NCBI RefSeq assembly: GCF_036323395.1
Contig: NZ_AP028907.1
Location: 1,830,001 to 1,862,000, forward strand
Direction of reading: 5' to 3'
DNA from: Pyrodictium abyssi
GTDB taxonomy: Archaea; Thermoproteota; Thermoprotei_A; Sulfolobales; Pyrodictiaceae
Length of the DNA: 32,000 bases
Under the pieces are notes generated by a model, which was not told the origin of the DNA, did no database searches, and saw nothing but the letters and a program-made list of their open reading frames with translations. Shown in pieces: positions 7,865 through 15,183 of the stretch (positions within the stretch are counted from its first letter, which is position 1; each line of letters opens with the position of its first letter). Position numbers and translations under genes: made by a program.

Positions 7865-8527
7865 ATGCCTGCTGGCATCGAGAGAAGGGTTGTACAAGCG
7901 CTTCGGAGGCTGACTAGGAGGCGTAGCTGTGTCTCCGTGGCCGAGCTAGCTGCAGAGGCGCGTCTCACGCCAAGCGATGTACATAGAGCGCTAGAGGTGC
8001 TTGAGCACAGGAAGCTGGTAGTCGTCTCAGGCGACAAGGTTTGCTATATAGGCGGCGCGCTGGATGAGCAGGCTCATGTTATTGGGCGGGAGCTGCGCCG
8101 TGTACTGGACGAGGCCAGGTCTAGAAGGAGTATAGTAGCCTCCGTCTACGAGGTGGAGCGTAGCCCATTACGAGTCGTGGTTATAGTGAGGCGGGATGGG
8201 GTTGTTTTTGCTGTCCTTCCCGTGACTGGTAGGGAGCCTGCTGAACGGCTAGTAGGTTTAGCTAGAAGGCTTGCCCGGCTAGCCCGCCGCATAGCAGAGC
8301 AAGGCTGCAACGAGTTCTGCGTAGACCGCATTACTCCCCGGCTGGTTGTTCCCGTGCTAGCGTCTGACTATGGCGCGCCAAGGCTCATAGAGGGTGTCTT
8401 GTTCCGGCCCGCAAGGGGCCTACTCAACCTCATAATCGAGCCTGGGGCTGCGCTTTCTGACCCGTTTGTCCGTGTCTATGAATGCAACCGTCAAGCTAGA
8501 CGAGAGGAATCTCAATATATCGAGTAG
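7865..8527 (+). CDS. Hypothetical protein with N-terminal winged-helix DNA-binding domain
   Basis: 220-aa ORF with an ATG start. The N-terminus (VVQALRRLTRRRSCVSVAELAAEARLTPSDVHRALEVLEHRKLVVVSGDKVCYI) looks like a MarR/TrmB-type wHTH. I do not recognise the ~150-aa C-terminal domain. The 3' end overlaps thiI convergently by 32 nt. Confidence 0.6.
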   Translation: MPAGIERRVVQALRRLTRRRSCVSVAELAAEARLTPSDVHRALEVLEHRKLVVVSGDKVCYIGGALDEQAHVIGRELRRVLDEARSRRSIVASVYEVERSPLRVVVIVRRDGVVFAVLPVTGREPAERLVGLARRLARLARRIAEQGCNEFCVDRITPRLVVPVLASDYGAPRLIEGVLFRPARGLLNLIIEPGAALSDPFVRVYECNRQARREESQYIE

Positions 8528-9662
8528 CTGTTAGCTCTACTATACCCTCTATCTTCGCGTACTCCCTAGCCAGCTTATCCGGGTCAGCGCGTGTAGCGAC
8601 AAGCCCGCGCGCCAACTGACAGTACTCCTTAGTCCTGGCAGCCTCCTCGTAGACTCCTATACGCCTTGTAAGAGATACTATCTCCTCCTTATCGAGCCCA
8701 GCTAGAGGCCTTATCAGCGGAACCTTTAGCGGATGCGCCCTTGCAAGAGCATAGAGGTTCTTCAGCGTCTGGCTCGAGACTTGGCCCACGCTTTCGCCCG
8801 TGTATACGGCGTCATAGCCCATTGCTAGAGCGAACTTCTCTGCCACAACATACATCGCTAGCCTTAGGACTATCTGCGCATAGCTATTATCGACCATACC
8901 TGCTATAGCAGCCGTGACCGGGCGGAAGTCGAAAACATAGAGCCTCGGACGGTAGCCGTAGAGCCAGAGCCTGGCAAGCTTCTTGCCTACACGTAGAGCA
9001 TCTGCTATCGAGAGTGGCGAGGCTAGCACGTAGTGTACTAGGTCTACCTCGATACCCCTCTTTGCAGCCATCCAGGCTGCTGCCGGCGAGTCGAGGCCGC
9101 CAGAAAACAATACTATAGCTCTACCCTCAACACCTATTGGCAGGCCGTCGGGGCCTCGGCGCATCTCCCGGTATACATAGGCTTTACCACCCCTAATCTC
9201 GACGAATACTTCTACTTCCGGGTTCTCCAGGTCCACACCAGCAGAGAGAGGGTAGAGAGCCGCTCCAATCACGCGTGCAGCATCGAGACTCGTAAACTCT
9301 TCAACTCCGCTCCTTCTGGCACGCACTGCGAACTTCTTGCCACGGACCCACTCGCCTGCTATTTCCTTTACACGCTCTGCTAGGTCATCTAGACTCTTGT
9401 ACCTCACTAGGTGGGCTACAGTAGCGCCATGTATCCCGAAGACCCTGGACAGTGTGTCCACGGCCTTCTCCAACGCATCATAGTTTCTACAGCCCGACAC
9501 GTACAGCCTAGCCGCTTCTATCCATACATCACTGCATTCTACACCTTCGCGCCTAAAAGCGTCAACAATGTTCTTTACGAGCCGCCGCTCGAAACGCGGT
9601 CTCGTGCGGTCCGACTTGAGTACGATCTCTCCCGCGATACTCGCGAGCACTACCGTGTCCAT
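8496..9662 (-). CDS. thiI: tRNA 4-thiouridine / thiamine sulfur transferase ThiI (THUMP + PP-loop, no rhodanese domain)
   Basis: 388 aa. N-terminal ferredoxin-like/THUMP region, PP-loop VLFSGGLDSPAAAW, and TGESVGQVSSQT motif. It ends ~90 aa short of rhodanese-containing bacterial ThiI. Confidence 0.9.
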   Translation of the reverse strand: MDTVVLASIAGEIVLKSDRTRPRFERRLVKNIVDAFRREGVECSDVWIEAARLYVSGCRNYDALEKAVDTLSRVFGIHGATVAHLVRYKSLDDLAERVKEIAGEWVRGKKFAVRARRSGVEEFTSLDAARVIGAALYPLSAGVDLENPEVEVFVEIRGGKAYVYREMRRGPDGLPIGVEGRAIVLFSGGLDSPAAAWMAAKRGIEVDLVHYVLASPLSIADALRVGKKLARLWLYGYRPRLYVFDFRPVTAAIAGMVDNSYAQIVLRLAMYVVAEKFALAMGYDAVYTGESVGQVSSQTLKNLYALARAHPLKVPLIRPLAGLDKEEIVSLTRRIGVYEEAARTKEYCQLARGLVATRADPDKLAREYAKIEGIVELTATRYIEIPLV

Positions 9663-9722
9663 ACTGCCCCCGGGTCCTAGTCCGGAGGCCTAGAGCCCCT
9701 TCTTTACTTGACCTAGGCCAGC

Positions 9723-10529
9723 CTAGCCGCATTTACAGTCCTTGCGCGGCCTAAGCTCTATCTTCATTATATCCATTGTGTAGGCGTCCACCACTATCAT
9801 TTTGCCCTTATTTACTTCACCCATGCCGGTTACTAGCTTCATGAGCTCTGTCACAGCTATAGAGCCTACTAGGGCTACAATGGGGCCTACAGCTGGTATC
9901 TTTGAGGGAGACTTCAGCGAAGAGGGGAGGAGGCAGCGGAGGCACGGCGTCTCGCCGGGTATCACTACCACTACTTGCCCCTCGAACCCGTATATTCCTG
10001 CATGTATGTAGGGCTTGCCAGCCCTGTACGCGGCCTCGTCTAGAAGGAATCGCGTCTCCCAGTTGTCCAGCCCATCAATTACTATGTCTACCTGCCTAAC
10101 CAGCTTATCCACATTATCCTCTGTTATCCTCTCAGTAACCGGAACTATCTCGACATTGGGGTTAAGGCGCCGAAGCTTCTCCGCAGCCGAGATAGGCTTT
10201 GGCTTACCTATATCGTCGGTCCAGTGGAGGATTTGGCGGTTTAGATTAGTCTCCTCAACAGTGTCCCCGTCGACGAGTACGAGTTTACCGACACCGAGTG
10301 CGGTAAGGTACAACGCCTCGAATGAGCCGAGGCCTCCTACTCCCGCCACCAAGACGCTAGTCTTTTTCAGCTTCTTCTGTCCCTCGGTCCCGAAGAGGAG
10401 GAGCTGGCGTTCATACCGCAGTAGCTCGGCAGGTGTAAGCTCAACATTATCCAGTGAGCGTTCACTCATACCGTATCCTCTCCTCCATGCAGTTTGTATC
10501 GCGTCTGGTGCACTGCATGACAAGGGCAC
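9723..10529 (-). CDS. ThiF/MoeB/HesA-family E1-like adenylyltransferase
   Basis: 268 aa. RYERQLLLFG, Rossmann loop VLVAGVGGLGS, and zinc site CLRC ... CKCG. The longest ORF starts at GTG 10529; ATG (MSERSL) at 10469 is the likelier start. Confidence 0.88.
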   Translation of the reverse strand: MPLSCSAPDAIQTAWRRGYGMSERSLDNVELTPAELLRYERQLLLFGTEGQKKLKKTSVLVAGVGGLGSFEALYLTALGVGKLVLVDGDTVEETNLNRQILHWTDDIGKPKPISAAEKLRRLNPNVEIVPVTERITEDNVDKLVRQVDIVIDGLDNWETRFLLDEAAYRAGKPYIHAGIYGFEGQVVVVIPGETPCLRCLLPSSLKSPSKIPAVGPIVALVGSIAVTELMKLVTGMGEVNKGKMIVVDAYTMDIMKIELRPRKDCKCG

Positions 10530-10782
10530 GTGGGCCCAGAGGCCCGTGATGCGCCGTACACACTAGACGCGAGGCCGCCGCGCGACAGCATTCAGAGCCT
10601 ACTACGCTGTGGACACCGGGTACAGCGTGTCCCTGCACGGTTGCTTTGAACGTTTACACGGCCGCTACAAGACCGGGTTTATTCCTCTAGTGTCGCAGCG
10701 GTCGGATCGTCGTGAGATCTTCATTGCATAGGCACTCTACCTCTGTCTGGGACGGCGTCCTCATCCCGCCGGACCGTTAGTA

Positions 10783-11538
10783 GTGGTTGCCTCCTATTTT
10801 ACTCCCCCTGGGCTCTGCTTTCACTGTCCTGGGGCCAGGCTAGTGGAGACTAGATGGCTTAAGCTGCTGAGTAACCAGACACGTATAGGCGTCGTGATAC
10901 AGCCAATAGCTTCAATAGAGAATCATGGCGTACTACCCCTAGGCGCTGACCTGCTGATAGCAGACTGCACCATGAGGAGACTAGAACTCCCAGAGGAAGC
11001 AGTCATAGCACCAGCCATACCTTATTCCACCGCAGCCGAGCACACTGGCTTCCGCGTCTCTATCAGCCCGCAGACTTTCGTACAGTACCTTGTAGAAGTT
11101 GGCTCGTCTATCCTATCGAATGTCAACGCATTGCTGTTTGTGGTCTTCCACGGTGGAGCCTATCACGCTACATACCTCGCTGCTAGAATTCTGCGTTCAA
11201 AGGGCTACGAGGTATACCTCTTCAACTTCTGGGACACCGTTACACGGGCTCTAGGGCTGGAGGGCATGCTTATACACGCCGACTGTATTGAGGCTAGTAT
11301 CCTGCTAGCGTGCGGCTATACACAAGGAATCCGCGAAGCAGAGAGAATAGATTCAAGCTGTACGCGTAGGGCGCCACCGTACCAGCCCTGGGTTTCCCGG
11401 GATATACCAGGCATGTACCCGGTAGACCCCGTGCTAGCGTCGAGGCCTCTTGGCGAGAAGCTTCTACAAACCGCTACCGAGCAGCTAAGAAGGCTTGTAG
11501 ACTTGATCTTGGAGCGGCAGAAAGCCTCTTCACAATAG
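10783..11538 (+). CDS. arfB: Creatininase-fold amidohydrolase, probable FAPy deformylase ArfB (2-amino-5-formylamino-6-ribosylaminopyrimidin-4(3H)-one 5'-phosphate deformylase)
   Basis: 251 aa with creatininase-family ligand motifs ENHGVLPLGADLLIA, FHGGAYH and IHADCIEAS. It is embedded in the riboflavin cluster. GTG start at 10783 is uncertain; a later GTG near 10843 is possible. Confidence 0.7.
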   Translation: MVASYFTPPGLCFHCPGARLVETRWLKLLSNQTRIGVVIQPIASIENHGVLPLGADLLIADCTMRRLELPEEAVIAPAIPYSTAAEHTGFRVSISPQTFVQYLVEVGSSILSNVNALLFVVFHGGAYHATYLAARILRSKGYEVYLFNFWDTVTRALGLEGMLIHADCIEASILLACGYTQGIREAERIDSSCTRRAPPYQPWVSRDIPGMYPVDPVLASRPLGEKLLQTATEQLRRLVDLILERQKASSQ

Positions 11539-12586
11539 ATACTATCGGGGAGCTGCTCCAGCCTATCTCTGGAATCTCTGCCGCCAGCAGCCTATCTACG
11601 GGTACACCTTCGCCGACCACTGCTCCGTCGAGGCGTAGCAGCTTTGTACAGCTTATCGTAGCCGCCTTTAGCAATGCTCTAGCCAGAGCCTCCGCTTTAT
11701 CCCGGTTATCTCTATGCACAGCCATATAGGCGAACATTATTTCCTCGTCAATGTATGGTGGTATCCACGCCGCGTTATCCGTGCCTATACCGACTAGCGT
11801 CTTCTCGAGAAGCTCTGGGAGCAAGCTAAGCGGGGGCAGTCTCCCTAAATGGTACATGTTCGATCTTGGACAGTATACTAGGCCTATACCTGATTCAGCC
11901 AGTTCTATTAGCTCGTCTTTGCCGAGGTATGTTAGGTGTATAGCCGCCGTTGGGGCTGCCCCGAGTACTACCTCGTAGTCTCTGGACTGGTACAGCTCGA
12001 GGGTCTCGGATACGTGTACGTGTACATGCCCGCCGATCTGCCTAGCGTGGGCCACCAGTTTGTTTAGCTCCCTTGGGTTTAGGTCAAATACGGTATCGAG
12101 GCCCACGCCTTTAGCCTCGTCTAGCAGTTGGAGATACTCGCTAAGGTTCTTTGCGAGTGGTTGGCCTAGTATCCTTGCAGCTACTCCGGCGCGCGCCATG
12201 CCATCGCTTACTAGCTGTAATCCCTTTCTACCTAGCTCCGCGTATACTCCAGCGTAGAGTACTCCTCTCCTCTTCATGTGTGCTGCTGCCGTGGCTACCC
12301 TTCTTGCTAGCTCGTCGCTGCTTAGCTGGGAGAGTAGCCTGTACTTGAGCCCCGTGGGTAGTGCTACAAGATCGTGGAGTGGGAGAGTCTCTCCCGCCTC
12401 GGCTATGGAGATGTCGAGAATGTGTAGGTGAGCATTGCAAAGAGCTGGGAGGATTACCAGCCCTAGGAGCACTCTCCTGGAGGGGCTACACCCCCTTCCT
12501 ACGCCCTTCACACGCTGTTCGTCGTCAATGTCTATGCACGGTCTATGCACTGGTTCTAGTTCCTCGCCTACAAGAGCCGCGAGCAC
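11474..12586 (-). CDS. Amidohydrolase-superfamily deaminase-like protein (TRZ/ATZ, cytosine/guanine/MTA deaminase type)
   Basis: Motifs LPALCNAHLHILD (HxH), GGHVHVHVSETLE (His + catalytic Glu), AIHLTYL (His) and GIGTDNAAW (Asp). The track ORF runs to 12700 but overlaps ribH by 98 nt. I trim it to GTG 12586, 16 nt after the ribH TAA, which matches where family N-termini begin. The 3' end overlaps arfB convergently. Confidence 0.8.
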   Translation of the reverse strand: MLAALVGEELEPVHRPCIDIDDEQRVKGVGRGCSPSRRVLLGLVILPALCNAHLHILDISIAEAGETLPLHDLVALPTGLKYRLLSQLSSDELARRVATAAAHMKRRGVLYAGVYAELGRKGLQLVSDGMARAGVAARILGQPLAKNLSEYLQLLDEAKGVGLDTVFDLNPRELNKLVAHARQIGGHVHVHVSETLELYQSRDYEVVLGAAPTAAIHLTYLGKDELIELAESGIGLVYCPRSNMYHLGRLPPLSLLPELLEKTLVGIGTDNAAWIPPYIDEEIMFAYMAVHRDNRDKAEALARALLKAATISCTKLLRLDGAVVGEGVPVDRLLAAEIPEIGWSSSPIVSIVKRLSAAPRSSLQAFLAAR

Positions 12587-12602
12587 TTCTATCTGTATGC
12601 TC

Positions 12603-13070
12603 TTACTCGATGTAGACTGTTTCTCCTTCGAACTTTGCTTCTTCAATAGCTCGGAGCCTCCTTGCCAACTTAACAGCCGCCTCGACAGACCTGCGGGCAT
12701 AGTCGTCTACGCGCTCGAGTGCCTGCATACGGTTCATCCCTGGCCCCGATATTCCGAGGGTTACGGGCTTACCATACTTCTCGGCTAGGTCTACTAGTTT
12801 TCTCGCCACCTGGTGGGCTATCACCTCGTCGTGCTTGGTAGCGCCGGTTATTATGGCTCCTAGCGCCACGACGGCGTCGACGTCGTCCTTGCGTAGTAGT
12901 TTCTCTACGAGTAGTGGTATGTCGTAAGCACCTGGCGCCCTTACCACGTATGTAACGGTGGCTCCTAGGAATTTGGCGTGGCTTAGGGCACGCTGGAGCA
13001 TAAGGTAGGTTACATCATGGTTGAACTCTGATACCACTATTGCGAGACGTATGCCTTCGCCTGCTGCCAC
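12603..13070 (-). CDS. ribH: 6,7-dimethyl-8-ribityllumazine synthase
   Basis: 155 aa. [22 protein letters not shown]...[18 protein letters not shown]...[19 protein letters not shown]. Confidence 0.95.
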   Translation of the reverse strand: MAAGEGIRLAIVVSEFNHDVTYLMLQRALSHAKFLGATVTYVVRAPGAYDIPLLVEKLLRKDDVDAVVALGAIITGATKHDEVIAHQVARKLVDLAEKYGKPVTLGISGPGMNRMQALERVDDYARRSVEAAVKLARRLRAIEEAKFEGETVYIE

Positions 13071-13164
13071 GGCCTATACACCTACCCTCCGGGACACGTA
13101 GAGGGGCTAGGCTGGGTTAGAGGGTTATCGGTTCTAACCACGGACTGGAAGAGCGTGTAAAGCA

Positions 13165-13632
13165 CTATGGCTCTATAGGGCCGGCGTCAGGGTAGCCCTG
13201 CCTCCTCCCGGTCCCAGCGCGTGTTGACAGCACTTCCGGCCGGTATAGTAGTAGGTAGAGGTTCTCTGCGTGTTTTCTAGCACGGTCTACCGCTATACGG
13301 TAGAGCTCCTCCTCGCTATCAGCCTCGTCCTCGTGCACTGTCACATCTATTATGTGGCGCTCGAGTTCCAGCTGTACTAGCTGCATGGCGAGACTATAGA
13401 CTGCGTAGCTTATCTTGTCGGTCATTGACCTGCCTATCCACCCCAGCACCATGCCAGCATCGCAGCCCTCCTCCTTCATGAGCTTCTTTATAGCCACGGG
13501 TATGTCCTTTATCCCTGGTACTGTACGCCTCACTATCTGCGCGCTAGGCATCAATGTGAGGATAGCGTCTATAGCATGGCTGGCCATGTCGACTCTAGCA
13601 AAGGTTGTATCTACAATACAAATCTTCACCAA
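13165..13632 (-). CDS. ribC: Riboflavin synthase, archaeal type
   Basis: 155 aa. KICIVDTTFARVDMASHAIDAI is the hallmark N-terminus of the archaeal lumazine-synthase-like riboflavin synthase. TTG or GTG start overlaps the ribB 3' end. Confidence 0.9.
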   Translation of the reverse strand: MVKICIVDTTFARVDMASHAIDAILTLMPSAQIVRRTVPGIKDIPVAIKKLMKEEGCDAGMVLGWIGRSMTDKISYAVYSLAMQLVQLELERHIIDVTVHEDEADSEEELYRIAVDRARKHAENLYLLLYRPEVLSTRAGTGRRQGYPDAGPIEP

Positions 13633-14302
13633 GCCTTTCCACCCTATCGATTATCTCGCTACCCTCGACCAAGGGGTAGCCCTTTTCCCTAGATACCCTT
13701 CTCGCGTCCTCGATGCTTAGCGCATCTCCCTTCGAAAGCATCTCGACAATAACAGTTGACGGTGTCATCCCCGCTAGTATAGCTAGGTGCAGCGAGAGCT
13801 CTGTATGTCCCTTTCTATCGCTTAGACGGCGCCCAAGCAGTATCGGCACATGGCCTGGTGCTACGAAGTTTTCCTGGAAGTAGCTACGCGCCTTCTCTAC
13901 GTCGTCGTTCACAATCATCGTTAATACTTTGTCGAGCTCTCTTATAGTGGTGGCACGGTCTGCGTCACGTATCCCCGTTTTTACATGGACGCTGTTAACC
14001 CATAGAGAGAATGCTGGTTTGTCGCCGTAGCCTAGTGTCTTGCTAGTAAGTGGGGCTAGTTCTGGTATTGTTGATAGTATCTCGTAGCCGTATCTAAGCC
14101 CTATGAGTCTCCCAGCTGGCTGGGGCATCGCATAGCATATGAGGCCTCCTGCGAGTGTACGCATTTCGTAGACTCGCTCAGCTGTGACCATGGAGGCGTG
14201 GATAACGTAGTCTACCTCGTTCTCACGCCCAGCCGCGTCATATATTAGGACGGGTATTCCTTTGCGGAACGCCTCTATTGCTTTTTCTAGCTGACTGCTC
14301 AA
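13595..14302 (-). CDS. ribB: 3,4-dihydroxy-2-butanone 4-phosphate synthase
   Basis: 235 aa. IEAFRKGIPVLIYDAAGRENEVDYVIHASMVT...RKGHTELSLHLAILAGMTPSTVIVEM. Confidence 0.95.
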   Translation of the reverse strand: MSSQLEKAIEAFRKGIPVLIYDAAGRENEVDYVIHASMVTAERVYEMRTLAGGLICYAMPQPAGRLIGLRYGYEILSTIPELAPLTSKTLGYGDKPAFSLWVNSVHVKTGIRDADRATTIRELDKVLTMIVNDDVEKARSYFQENFVAPGHVPILLGRRLSDRKGHTELSLHLAILAGMTPSTVIVEMLSKGDALSIEDARRVSREKGYPLVEGSEIIDRVERLGEDLYCRYNLC

Positions 14303-14443
14303 GGGCGTTTATCCCTCAATCGGCTCCGAGAGCTATACTATGTAGCCTACCGGCATGCGCCCTTAATCTCTCACTCCCGGCGGGGGTGTTAAACGAGAGA
14401 CGCCGTCTATCTATAGAGCTTGTACCGTTCTTGTTCGACGCTA

Positions 14444-15157
14444 TTAGTAGGCTGCAGTTTCTACCCCACGTCTATCAATGTATACTTGGCTATTTCTAGT
14501 ACTCCTTATGACTGATAACGCGTGGGCTGCCCGCGCCAACGCTGCGCGAGGGTTATCATCAACACCTATACCTATCTTGTACTTCTCACCGCCTATTGCA
14601 GCCATAACTAGTTCTAGGGCCTTATCGAGATCCTCCTCCGGGGCAAAGACTACAATATTGTCGCCGCCAAGGTAGCCTGGTATGTAGCCTCTTGGGAGGG
14701 CATCCTCTACGAGCTTAATGTAGAGATTCATCACCTGGATGAAGGGCTTGAGGAAGCCCTTCTCTAGTCTCTCCTTGCTGACCATATCCAGGTCGATGTG
14801 AAGGGCTGCTACGCCGCTCTCGTCGTACTCGTCTATAGTTATGCCTGGCTCTAGAGGTACCTGCCACCAGTCTGAATGTCTCGTCGTTGTCACCCTCATT
14901 GCTACCGGTACGGGGGACTCACGGCTCACAGCTCTATATATCTCCTCAATGCTTTTTCTCGGAACACCGTTCAACAATGCCACCATTATGTCATGGCTGA
15001 ACGGGGCTACGTATCCTCCACCAGCCGCCGCGGCATCTATCGCTGCAAGGTATACAGCTGACTGCCGTTTCTGGATTATCCATTCCCTATCATGGCCTAT
15101 CTCTTCCGTCCACTCGCGGTAGCCTACTAGAGCTATGATGCCCACCAGCAGAGCCAT
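14444..15157 (-). CDS. arfA: GTP cyclohydrolase III
   Basis: Collinear by eye with the archaeal GCH III layout: N-terminal MALLVGIIALVGYREWT, LHIDLD, GGDNIVVF and KIGIGV motifs. The track ORF extends to 15325 but overlaps arfC. I trim it to ATG 15157, which has GGAGGG 7 nt upstream (ATG 15172 is an alternative). Confidence 0.85.
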   Translation of the reverse strand: MALLVGIIALVGYREWTEEIGHDREWIIQKRQSAVYLAAIDAAAAGGGYVAPFSHDIMVALLNGVPRKSIEEIYRAVSRESPVPVAMRVTTTRHSDWWQVPLEPGITIDEYDESGVAALHIDLDMVSKERLEKGFLKPFIQVMNLYIKLVEDALPRGYIPGYLGGDNIVVFAPEEDLDKALELVMAAIGGEKYKIGIGVDDNPRAALARAAHALSVIRSTRNSQVYIDRRGVETAAY

Positions 15158-15183
15158 AGTTCGTCCCTCCATACCAGCGCCTA

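Noticed and set aside
12587-12700. N-terminal 38 codons of the amidohydrolase track ORF (start at 12700).
   Set aside because: It overlaps the ribH 3' end by 98 nt and is low-complexity ([15 protein letters not shown]). GTG 12586 just after the ribH stop fits the family N-terminus.
13115-13139. 7-bp perfect hairpin GGTTAGA(11 nt)TCTAACC in the 94-bp ribH-ribC spacer.
   Set aside because: It could be an intercistronic processing or stability element, but it is short and isolated, with no T-tract or conserved motif. I noted it only.
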